A DNA stretch of 63,260 nt, the filler included, from Nematocida ausubeli (lineage: Eukaryota), in assembly GCF_000738915.1 (NCBI RefSeq). It is 6 parts of 5 records of this genome, joined end to end, with 100 filler letters (N's around TTAATTAATTAA, not from the genome) between each part and the next. Parts side by side here need not be neighbours in the genome. Positions count along the whole stretch, not along the records: positions 31,557 to 51,287 come from NW_026515638.1; 5 more parts are not named here. The stretch is one strand, 5' to 3'. The translations under genes were made by a program, and so were the position numbers. A model generated the notes under the pieces. That model made no database searches. It was not told where the DNA came from and was given only the letters and a program-made list of their open reading frames with translations. This document shows, one piece after another, positions 35,065 through 44,855 of this stretch (its first letter is position 1; the number at the start of each line of letters is the position of its first letter).

Positions 35065-37098
35065 ATGAAATTAACAGAAATATACAATCGAATTTGGAGT
35101 ACTAGAGCAAGAGATGGAATAGATAAGCATGTGCCTGCAAGCAAAAATAATAGATGCAGCAGGGCACCCAGAAACAATCGAATTCTTATTTATAACTGCA
35201 TATTGGTAGTTTTGGCAACAATGAAAATATGCTGCCAGATGCCTATTGGGCTATTAATGGCATCACACAATATTAAGATTAAAATGCTTGAAGCAAATCC
35301 TACGCAGAAATGCCTAGCAATAGATTGCTCTGGTCCTTTAAACTTAATCAGAGGATTCTTACTAAGCCAGCCAAATGTAGTATCTGAGCTGGAAAAAAAA
35401 TTAGCATTATTTGAGGATATAGTGTCAATTAATGCGCCGGCCACACCAGTAATAGGGGGCGGTCCATCAAATAATGAATCTATGAGAGAGTACATTCGAA
35501 AATACAAGAGGGTATACAATATTCTATTCCCATACAAATTACTGAAAGCTAGTGACTCCCCAGACATGTCTAATAATGCTTATAGCGGCACTCCTTCAGA
35601 TAGCAGCTACCTAAGTACTTTTATTCGCTATAATGATTTTAAATTTCCCCTTTTAGCTTCTCTTTTCTGCTTAGCAGAAGGTGCTGGCCCATATATAAAG
35701 ATTGTCAGCAGAAACCCCGATTGTCTGTCAGATCATAGTGAATATGGCTCAGCTCATCTGCATAACATGCTAGATGTTTCTTTTCTATACGCCAATAATG
35801 TCCAGATAGCTCAGTTCTACGGCCCAAACAAAATGATACTTTGTTTAAACAACATGGCACCTCCATTTATTTACGAGGTAATAGACTTCTTTAACAATGC
35901 CGCTCAATATGATCAGCTTGATTTTGATGAGGTTCTGAGAAATAGCCCTTCCTTAGACAAAAGCTCTTTAGAAGCCATGAGGTATATGTTTAGTCCACAG
36001 TGCCTCATTCAGATGTTTATTTACGATCATTTTAAGGATCTTATTACCCTTACAGCCTTCTATAATGAAGTAAACAAAATATTTGTTTTAATACAGCGTT
36101 TATATAGTAATGTAAACTTAGGCGAAGCCAGAAACATCTTTAAGGAGGTGCCGGGTTCTGCACCCTTTATTGAGCTTTCACCAACTGAAGTGGGCATGGG
36201 CTATCCTAATATATTCTCAGCAATTCAGACTGTGTTTTCGTTCAATGAGCCAATTCCCTTCTCATGCATGAAAGAAAGATGGTTCAATTATTTGTTCAAT
36301 AACTTTGAGGCACTGACTAATAATATGGGACATAGCACTAGCTTAACCCAAATAAGCAAAACTCTATTCGTTCTCTTTGGGTGCTTTCTATATAACCCGG
36401 AAATGAATAATATGAATGCAGAGATCGATAGTTATACACCCTTTTCACGATATAATTTGCTTAAAGATGTTTTCAATCGCTCAACAAGCGCTGAAATTAT
36501 ATCTGGGTGGGCATGGCGGTATAATACTTGTATTAGAGAAGGAGGCTTTTCTAGTATAAAAAAGTATGGGCTCTTTACTATTTTAGATGTATGGTTTGCT
36601 TTTATGAATATTCTGGGTGTGGATGGAAGAGTTTGTTTAAACAGTTTTATAGATATTTTACAGTCTGAAAAAATAGAAATTGCTACATATACTGACATTT
36701 TAGGCAGCTGGCTCCAAAACACGTTCAATTGGTCGTCAGTAGGCTGCGAAAATAGAGTATTAGAAGTCAAAATATCTAACGTATCCCGGGAAATGAAAGA
36801 TGATAGGTACTTCGATCTTTTTTGCACACTTAGTCTGAAATACTCTTATAACAATGTAGAGAGTCAGATAACCTTGAATATATGCCCAGATAAGACAACC
36901 ATCATAATTGAGCCAAGCAAATTGCCGATAAAAGATAAAGACAAAGAAACATTATTGACGTACATTAATTCTTACATGAATTATGATCCCAATATTTTAA
37001 ACAATTTGTTTCGATTATATCTGAACGACATAATTTTTACTGATACTAAGAAATTGACATTTATTACAAATAGACAGGAAGACATTATGTCTGCATAG
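35065..37098 (+). CDS. Divergent NemLGF1-like protein (short form)
   Basis: SGPLNLIRGFL, ILFP, LLASLFCLAEG, SPQCLIQMFIY, KTLFVLFGCFLYNP. Confidence 0.85.
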   Translation: MKLTEIYNRIWSTRARDGIDKHVPASKNNRCSRAPRNNRILIYNCILVVLATMKICCQMPIGLLMASHNIKIKMLEANPTQKCLAIDCSGPLNLIRGFLLSQPNVVSELEKKLALFEDIVSINAPATPVIGGGPSNNESMREYIRKYKRVYNILFPYKLLKASDSPDMSNNAYSGTPSDSSYLSTFIRYNDFKFPLLASLFCLAEGAGPYIKIVSRNPDCLSDHSEYGSAHLHNMLDVSFLYANNVQIAQFYGPNKMILCLNNMAPPFIYEVIDFFNNAAQYDQLDFDEVLRNSPSLDKSSLEAMRYMFSPQCLIQMFIYDHFKDLITLTAFYNEVNKIFVLIQRLYSNVNLGEARNIFKEVPGSAPFIELSPTEVGMGYPNIFSAIQTVFSFNEPIPFSCMKERWFNYLFNNFEALTNNMGHSTSLTQISKTLFVLFGCFLYNPEMNNMNAEIDSYTPFSRYNLLKDVFNRSTSAEIISGWAWRYNTCIREGGFSSIKKYGLFTILDVWFAFMNILGVDGRVCLNSFIDILQSEKIEIATYTDILGSWLQNTFNWSSVGCENRVLEVKISNVSREMKDDRYFDLFCTLSLKYSYNNVESQITLNICPDKTTIIIEPSKLPIKDKDKETLLTYINSYMNYDPNILNNLFRLYLNDIIFTDTKKLTFITNRQEDIMSA

Positions 37099-37249
37099 AA
37101 AACTATCCAGAAATCACTCTAATAAAACTATATAAGCTATTTTATCTTCTTTCTGCTGCTATTTAGATGATATAATGACTTCTCTTCCGTGTTACATATT
37201 AGCATATACACAGTGCAATGCAAGCATATTTCTGTAGCACGCTCTGTGC

Positions 37250-37520
37250 CAAATATAAGTGTATCCCTCTTTTTTCGTTCTTTTTACACTGCTTGTCTTC
37301 TGTAGAGTCTATGTGTTAAACCCTTCGCCATGGAACCAGTGAATGCGTGGTTCTCTGGAAAGTGCTACTTTTCTGATTTTCCTGTGCTTTGCTATTTTTT
37401 TCCAAGTAATAACCCGTTCTTTCTTTTATACAGTGTAGAAGAGATATTTTTTGCAAATATAGAAGAAGTTAAAAAAAGTAGAGAAAAGAAACTCTAAAAG
37501 AAACAGACAGAAATTAAGCG
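37250..37520 (+). repeat. Diverged subfamily of the fold-back element; inverted relative at ~44360-44620
   Basis: Core TGGTTCTCTGGAAAGTGCTACTTTTCT matches the main element; GATTTTCCTGTGCTTT and AGTGTRGAAGAGATATTTTT are shared with the 44.4-kb copy. Confidence 0.6.
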
Positions 37521-37878
37521 TGTAAGCAGGGCATAAAAATAATAGAGAATACTGCTATATTGAGCTTACTGGAGTATAAATAATCATGCTTTTGTGCACT
37601 TCAAAAGAATTCAAATATATGACAAGCTCAATCCCTTGCACGCTTACTTATCTGTAGAGAACAATACTTTGGCAAATTTATAGCTACAACAATATATATT
37701 TAAGCTTAAACACTCTAAACATTTATTAGACTCTTGTACAATTCACCCAAAAGCATTATTGTAGAAGACAAAATAATCAAAAAACCCTCAACATTGCATG
37801 TAATAAAGACTATTTATCAAACTTATCTTGGGTCAAAGTATTTAAAGATTGAAGTCTCTAACATTACAGCACTAAAAT

Positions 37879-38403
37879 ATGAGCACAAGAACAAGAAATA
37901 AAATACGCGAATATTTATACGTAAAGAAAAATAAATTGCAAGAAAATAATACAATAAGAAGTACTAGAAATGCTTTTATAGGATTAGTAATAAAAATGGC
38001 CTTTATGGCAGCACTTCTGGTAGTGCAGCAAGCCAGTGCAGCAATAAAAAAGAATGAAGTGCAAGAGGTACAGGGAGAGGAAATATTCAAAGTCGAAGGA
38101 GTGCCATATATGGCTAATCCAGATGGGCCACTCAGCCCAATTATGCTGTACTTAGGCAAAAAGGTAGACTACATTTATAAAAAACGGATGGATTCTTTAG
38201 AAATAAAGAAGTATCCTTCATGGAGAACAGATATAACAAACCAGCACCGCGTGATATTTAATCTATCCAACGATAAAGTATATAAGTTTTCCATAACAGG
38301 GAAGAGAGTGCCAACAAACACTGTATCCTACTATACCACTCTTATTCGGGTTATATCGGGTTATATATCAGAGTCAGTTAGAAATATGCCCACTAGGCAG
38401 TAA
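37879..38403 (+). pseudogene. 3'-truncated NemLGF1-like gene (174 aa)
   Basis: Signal peptide, ANPDGPLSPIMLY and YYTTLI; family similarity ends where FPS is expected. Confidence 0.75.
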
Positions 38404-38504
38404 TAAAAAAATTCTTAAGAATATTTGCTTTCTTAAAGGAGTATTTAAGAAGTATTATATGGCACATAAAATAGACTTAGTTTTTATCTTCTAAGGAAAA
38501 TAGT

Positions 38505-38675
38505 AAATTTGAGTATTAAGTCTTGTCCATCTGCCATTACTTTTTACACATAGTGTATTATATTCTGCATATTCCCATTAATTACAACACAATAACCATT
38601 ACTTTGTACACCATATATATTAAGTCTTGTCAAATTATTCATTAATTTTTACACCATATGTAATAAATTCTGTTC
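38505..38675 (+). repeat. Degenerate units of the phased motif downstream of the transporter gene
   Basis: Cores at 38517, 38559, 38621 and 38664, mostly preceded by TTTTACAC-like sequence. Confidence 0.7.
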
Positions 38676-38761
38676 TAATTTATTTCCCATATCCCATAGG
38701 ATTTCCTTAAATCTACAAGGATCTTTATGCATTTTAAACCATTTCCTGGGGTCCGCACTCT

Positions 38762-40480
38762 TCAAAGGACATAATGTATAAGAGTCCCAGAAACAATTGA
38801 AAATATCCCAGTCACCCAGACAAAGCTTATGCCACTTTGCGTAAAAAGTAATGACACAAGTGAGAAACTAAAAATATCAATAATTTGCTGATAAAAACCA
38901 AAAATAACAACAAATCTGACAGATTTTTCATATAAAACCGGTATAACAGAAAGTAACGGATTTAAACAAACCGTTAAATTGACTATCATAAAACCAACCA
39001 AGACAACAATTATTATCTGGTTAAACTCGAAAAATTTTAAAAAATAAAAAATAATCTGAAGAATCCCAACTGCCAAAAACCCAAAAGAAACTCTGACAGG
39101 GCTTATGGCGCTTTTTGTGAAAAATAATCCTAAAATTCCCCCAAGCAACGGGCTAAGCAATAAAATCAACGAGAGAGAACTAGAGGATGAGAGAATTGAT
39201 ATCTCTTTATAATACAAAAAGGCATTTACACCCGTCATATAGAATGCGAGAGGGTATAAGAGTGGCAAAACACCAAACCATTCAAGTGAATGGCGTATTT
39301 TTTGAAGGAATTCCGTTAAAGTACTGTTATTTGTGTTTTTTTGTGAGATAGTGTCATTACTTTTTACAATATGTGTACTAAGTCTTGTATTTGTGTTAGA
39401 ATTAGTCGTATTATCCGGGTTATATGGCACGTGTGTATTAAGTTCTGTCATTTCTATCATTACTTCTTCCTCCCCGCTGTAATTAGTCACACACTCACTA
39501 TTCTTGTTGTAATTAGTCATATGCTCTAGTGCTGGTATTAGTACGCAGGGCAGTAGTATTATTAGACTAATTATAACCATTGCCAGGTCTGGCTGAATTT
39601 GGTAATAAATTTCACTGAAAATTGCAGGAAATACGAAACTAAGAGATCCTGTGAGTATCTTTACTGAAGAGAACAGGTTCTTTTGGGTAGAAAGGGTTCT
39701 TCCCTTTAAATCTATGTACGTTAAGATTAACGAATTATTTATGCCCAAAAAAAACCTTTGCGTGAAAATCCCAAGACTTATGACATTTTTTGTGAAAAGT
39801 TCTGGGAAAATTCCGTTAATTATTATACTGTGAAGAATTAGGCCTGGAATTGTGAAGATAATGAAAAATAAGGTGATGAATTTTGACTGTTGTTTTTCCT
39901 TATTGGGCAAATATTTGTCATAAAATAAAAACATTATATAACCTACTAATTTCCCAATTAGGAAGCACACAAAACCGCCAAAATTAATATTTCTCAATAA
40001 ATCTTGGAAAACAGTTGAATTTGTTGGCTCATTAATGAAATTGCTTGATAGAAACTTTTGTATTACCCTATTAGGAAAGACCGTTGTTTTTTGGTTGTTT
40101 ATGCAGTCTATTCTTTCTTTTAGGGATAATTCACTGCAGCCTTGGAAATTTTTTAAAATATACTTTCCCACTTGCATTCTGTCATTAAATATCTCAGTTA
40201 CATGAAGGGGTGCAGAGACAAGAAGGTTGAGGCCCCCAACCAGCAATAAAAAGAGAAAGATTCTTTTTGTTATTTTGTCATTACTTTTTACACCATGTGT
40301 ACTAAGTTCTGTATTATTATCCACTACTTTTTCCTCCTGCATAATAAGTTCTGTTACCCCGTTGGAATTAGTATGGTTATCCAGAATATATGGCGCATGT
40401 GGATTAAGTTCTGTCCTTTTGTCACTACTTTTTACAGTATGTGTACTAAGTTCTGTTCCTACTCTCTTATCTTGCTTCAT
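38762..40480 (-). CDS. MFS-like multi-pass transporter (about 12 TM in two halves with central loop)
   Basis: 572 aa; two bundles of hydrophobic helices separated by a polar N/T/S-rich loop; RFFLG-type helix. Substrate unknown. Confidence 0.7.
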   Translation of the reverse strand: MKQDKRVGTELSTHTVKSSDKRTELNPHAPYILDNHTNSNGVTELIMQEEKVVDNNTELSTHGVKSNDKITKRIFLFLLLVGGLNLLVSAPLHVTEIFNDRMQVGKYILKNFQGCSELSLKERIDCINNQKTTVFPNRVIQKFLSSNFINEPTNSTVFQDLLRNINFGGFVCFLIGKLVGYIMFLFYDKYLPNKEKQQSKFITLFFIIFTIPGLILHSIIINGIFPELFTKNVISLGIFTQRFFLGINNSLILTYIDLKGRTLSTQKNLFSSVKILTGSLSFVFPAIFSEIYYQIQPDLAMVIISLIILLPCVLIPALEHMTNYNKNSECVTNYSGEEEVMIEMTELNTHVPYNPDNTTNSNTNTRLSTHIVKSNDTISQKNTNNSTLTEFLQKIRHSLEWFGVLPLLYPLAFYMTGVNAFLYYKEISILSSSSSLSLILLLSPLLGGILGLFFTKSAISPVRVSFGFLAVGILQIIFYFLKFFEFNQIIIVVLVGFMIVNLTVCLNPLLSVIPVLYEKSVRFVVIFGFYQQIIDIFSFSLVSLLFTQSGISFVWVTGIFSIVSGTLIHYVL

Positions 40481-40505
40481 AAAAATATTTTATTTGCATT
40501 ATTTA

Positions 40506-40780
40506 TTACACACAGTGTAAAAAGTAATGAAAAGTGACAAGACATATTATTTTTAAATATAAAATATCAGAACTTTTTCCACTCTTACAAAACTTAATCC
40601 ACTTTTTATAAATATGACAAAACTTAATCCATCCCTCGCTAAAACTGACAGGACTTAATCCACTCTTGCAAGACTTAATCCACTTTGTCAGAACTTAATC
40701 CACTCTTGCAAGACTTAATCCACTCTTGCAAAACTTAATCCATCCCTCACTAAAACTGACAAAACTTAATCCACAAACTA
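40506..40780 (-). repeat. Inverted phased array (GACAARACTTAATCCAC on +, 10 units) starting at dyad TTACAC-ACA-GTGTAA
   Basis: Units at 40541, 40571, 40591, 40621, 40652, 40672, 40692, 40712, 40732, 40763. Confidence 0.9.
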
Positions 40781-40904
40781 ATATATTCAATCTATCCCAA
40801 AGTGCACACAATAAGTACACACAAGAAACAGATAATAAACACATAGCACCCCTTCACACCACAAAACACCCAAATATATATATGCGTTTCCTACTGTGTG
40901 GAAG

Positions 40905-42395
40905 ATGAAAAAATTTAAAGACCATCAGATTGAAGGGGTAGAGTGGATGTGGGAGAGAGTTAGGAATCGGAAGGGCGTTGTATTGAGTGATGAAATGGGG
41001 ACAGGGAAGACCCTTCAGTCTTTGGAGATAATTCAGAGAGTCTGGAACTCCATTGGAAAGTCAGTTCTTATTGTCGCACCGTGCACCCTCCTGCACAACT
41101 GGGAGAAGGAAATGGAGAAGTTTCAGTTTCCAATTCCTGCCCGAATTGTTAGATCTAGTGACACGAATGTGGTGCAATTAGTCAATGCAGCAGACGGAGA
41201 ATATATTCTAATAGTGAATTATGAGCTGCTTCAGAAGAAGAGTGTATTCCTGCAGACATTCTTTGATTTGGTTGTATTTGATGAAGCACAAAGGATAAAG
41301 AACCATACGACATGGGTCTCCAGGATATCCAGAACTATTGATGCAATGTGCAAGATATGCGTCACAGGTACGCCTATACAGAATAGTCTGTCAGAACTAT
41401 GGAGCATAGCAGAGACTGTGAGACCTGGGTACTTTGGGGACTATACCACGTTCAAGGCTGAAATAGAAGACCCCTTGAAGAAGAGCACACTGAAGCACGC
41501 GACTGAATTGGAGAAAAGGAAAGGGGCTTCAATTAAGAAGCACATTAATGAGCTTATTGCGGATGTAGTAATAAGAAGAACGAAGAAGGAAATATTCAAT
41601 GAGGAGTTTAAGAAAAGGGAAGGACTATTTGTCCCAAAGAGAAAGGAGTATGTGATATACTGCGGATTCACAGAGGAGCAGGAGGCTGTATATAATGACG
41701 TGCTGAATATGGACCTAGTTAAGAGCACTGTTCTTGGCAGGAAATCTCCTTTGAAGAGCATATCACACCTGAAGAGCGTATGCAGCCATCCATCGCTTGT
41801 GGATAAAAGAGTAACCAGCTGGCATGCAAGTGGAAAGATGAAAGTGGTCCATAGATTGCTGTTTATGTGGAGGTCTTCAAATAGAAAGATCATTCTGTTT
41901 AGTCAGTACAAGAACACGCTTAAGATTCTTGAAAGATTCATAGACACGCATGTATATAGGATTGACGGGGACAGTCCAATAGGCAAGAGAGAAGAAATAT
42001 TTAAAATATTTGGAAGTAAAGACGGGATGGAGGTGCTTTTAATGAGCATGAAGGTGGGGGGCGTTGGAGTGAATTTGCAGAAGAGTGATACTGTGATTCT
42101 ATTTGACATTGACTGGAACCCATTTAATGAGGAGCAAGCTAAAGGAAGGGCACACAGAATAGGACAGGAGAAAGAAGTGGAAGTGTACAGATTACTGTGC
42201 AAAGGCACAATTGAAGAGACCATACAGATGATACAAGATGTGAAAAGAACTATTTCAAAGGGGGTTCTGGACGGGATCAGCTCGAAGAAAGTCTTTGATA
42301 AGGTCGATCTGTGCAAACTATTCCATTACTCACACGATCCAACTGATGTTACAGATATAGATAATCTTGTCCCAACGGAAGAGACTGACCTATAG
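40905..42395 (+). CDS. SNF2-family DNA-dependent ATPase/helicase (Rad26/ERCC6/Rad54-like group), minimal core
   Basis: HQIEGVEW, SDEMGTGKT, DEAQRIKN, TGTPIQNSLSELW, GGVGVNL, DWNP, GRAHRIGQ. Confidence 0.93.
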   Translation: MKKFKDHQIEGVEWMWERVRNRKGVVLSDEMGTGKTLQSLEIIQRVWNSIGKSVLIVAPCTLLHNWEKEMEKFQFPIPARIVRSSDTNVVQLVNAADGEYILIVNYELLQKKSVFLQTFFDLVVFDEAQRIKNHTTWVSRISRTIDAMCKICVTGTPIQNSLSELWSIAETVRPGYFGDYTTFKAEIEDPLKKSTLKHATELEKRKGASIKKHINELIADVVIRRTKKEIFNEEFKKREGLFVPKRKEYVIYCGFTEEQEAVYNDVLNMDLVKSTVLGRKSPLKSISHLKSVCSHPSLVDKRVTSWHASGKMKVVHRLLFMWRSSNRKIILFSQYKNTLKILERFIDTHVYRIDGDSPIGKREEIFKIFGSKDGMEVLLMSMKVGGVGVNLQKSDTVILFDIDWNPFNEEQAKGRAHRIGQEKEVEVYRLLCKGTIEETIQMIQDVKRTISKGVLDGISSKKVFDKVDLCKLFHYSHDPTDVTDIDNLVPTEETDL

Positions 42396-43412
42396 GATTC
42401 TTAAGTGCTACATGAGAGTGTATAATAATGTAGACACAGCCTGTAAGAATAGTATCTTTAAATTGAAGGGGCCTTATTGCCTGTTTTATGTGGCAATGTG
42501 TCTACTTCTTTATTGAAGAGGCATATACATATTTTGAGTGCACGGTTCTGAGGGTATAATAGAACTATAGAATAGAATACTGCTGTATAATTTTACAAAT
42601 AAATATGCAGAAATACTGCACATTATAAATGAACAAAGTGAATAGTACTGGGTGCATACTTTCCCTGTACCATAGTACGATAAAAATAATAAAGAAATGC
42701 TTTTATCCATCTATGCTTATAATATTGCTTACTTTCTTGTGGAATGACTGTCTTTTAAGGTGTTTGCTAGTGACATGCCTAAAGGGAGGGGTATTCCCGC
42801 CAGGTGATAGTAGTTTAAGATAGATAGTAGATAGGGGTATTTGCCAAGAATAACTCAAGTACAATGGCAAGCAGCTACAGAATATTTGTATATCTGTAAA
42901 GATAGGAATCATAATACTACAACTCTTTTAATGAAAGGTATATTTATTGACTAAGATCCTGTCAGAGAGGATGCCTATAAAACTCTACTGGCCACAGAGA
43001 ACAAAACAAAACTCATACTATTCCTTACGGAGGCCATAATACTTCTGTGTATTCGACTGCTAGTATAATACAAACCTCCTTGACAACAGCTCTATCGGGC
43101 TATATAATACTATCTCCCTGCCGGGATGCCATCTTCTCTTAGGCATGTCAGTGTCTTTGCGCTATTTCGGGTTATAGTTATGCCACAGGAACATGTCATT
43201 TTACAACTTCTAGCTTTATAAATAAATCCTTCAAAAACTTGTCTGTATATTGTTCGGGTTAGAGGCAAGCACATAGAAAACAGGCTACACTGGGCTATTT
43301 TAAGAATATTATCTATTGCATTTATTACTATGTGATAAACATGCTGTTTATACTATGTTAGGCATAAATAATAGTCTCTTCTAGTTGGCTCAAAAAGAAT
43401 ATGTCTACTTGG

Positions 43413-43961
43413 TTATGTGCTTCTAGTGACTGCTTCTATATATGTAGGAAGTTCTGATTGCTCTGCGGTATTGCTACCTACAGAAGATGCTGTGCTTCTC
43501 ATGGCTTCATCATATGTTGGGGGAAAGTGCTCTGGCCTGCTTGAGCTTATTAAAGGAGAAAGTTCTTGTCTGTTTGTATACGCTGGGTTATTCAATCGGG
43601 CTCTTGCACTGTACAATGTTTGAACAATTATACTGTCATTTCCCCTTGCCTGAGAGCGCGCACTTTGTATATCTGAATCTGGCAATGATTCTTCTTGAAT
43701 TGTTGATAATCCTGGTCTATATCTATTTGTGCCTCTAGGTCTATATATTATGCGATGTGTTTCTGCAGTTACTCTTCTGTACAAACGCTTTACTAGTAAA
43801 ATTGCAAACGCAACCCCAATTAAGAGTATTAGCAAACTACTAAATAAAATTAATTCATGGCTGTCCATTTCTACAATTGGGCGGTTGTCTTCTTCACACC
43901 ATATTTCATGTGGCTCACAGTTGGTTCCTTGTACTGAAAATGGTATACCCTGCTCGTCCAT
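43413..43961 (-). CDS. Single-pass membrane protein with C-terminal PY motifs
   Basis: TM LILFSSLLILLIGVAFAILLV followed by KRLYRR; PPTY and LPTY in the tail. Confidence 0.8.
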   Translation of the reverse strand: MDEQGIPFSVQGTNCEPHEIWCEEDNRPIVEMDSHELILFSSLLILLIGVAFAILLVKRLYRRVTAETHRIIYRPRGTNRYRPGLSTIQEESLPDSDIQSARSQARGNDSIIVQTLYSARARLNNPAYTNRQELSPLISSSRPEHFPPTYDEAMRSTASSVGSNTAEQSELPTYIEAVTRST

Positions 43962-44855
43962 TTAAAACTTTGCAAAAATACTATTAATAAATCATTTAAA
44001 ACAGCAGTTATGATTTTACTGTATATAATTATTTTAATAGGCAAATATTATTATTTTATTCTGCTGTAAGAGCGTAAACTCCTACTCTTATGCCAGACAC
44101 ACTGATAGTTGCAGTGGCCATCTTTGGTTCTTAGTTATGAACAGTGCACCAAATGATTCTTCCTATTTTCACAGTTTGGCTTTGTAAGTTAGATCCCAGG
44201 TATTTTTTATTAGTCTGTAACTTGTCAACTGTGTACTTTACTACTCTGGCTATATTGCTTAAGAGTTTTTAAGTCGCAGTATGCATATATTTGTTGTTTT
44301 AAAAACAAATTTGCTTGAGTTTTATGCTTATCTATTACATATGTTTTCTATGGTTGCTTGCCTCTGCCTAACTCATTTTCTCTTACTTTTTATATACCTG
44401 TAAAAAATATCTCTTCCACACTTCATATACAAATATATAAGTAGAAGGGGTTTTTCTCAAAAAAAAGAGGAAAGCACAGGAAAATCCAAAAAATGACATA
44501 TTTTAAAGACCCATCCATGCACCGTCGCTATCCAAAGTGGTTTAGCATACAGTACAAACAAGAGATTTGATGTATAAAGAGAACATACGATGCATGCAAT
44601 GTTGACATGTGGTGTGTCTTGTTATGCTCTTGTGTTTGGTTATGCATATTGCAATCTTGTCTAAATGAGCTTTCTTAAGGAATAATGTCTAGCTCTATAT
44701 CCAACCTGGAGTCATGTGCTTAGTCAATTCTATTAAAATAATTTTATTTGAAACTCTGTACAGCAGAAAGAAAGATACAAAGTAGTATTGCTACTAAAAT
44801 AGTCACTCAATCGCTGTAAACAAAGAAGTGGATGTAAACCGCTGTCTAATCTATT

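Noticed and set aside
40591..40775. Resemblance of TTAATCCAC to the bacterial DnaA box TTATCCACA
   Set aside because: Extra base and eukaryotic flanking genes (UTP23, SNF2); treated as coincidence.
40541..40780. CRISPR-like repeat-spacer array
   Set aside because: Repeats of about 17 bp with 3-14 bp spacers that are themselves repeated; eukaryotic context and no cas genes.
32015..40780. DNA transposon with subterminal inverted repeats carrying cargo genes
   Set aside because: No transposase, TIR ends or TSD seen; motif copies are also internal and the enclosed genes include housekeeping UTP23. Not fully excluded.
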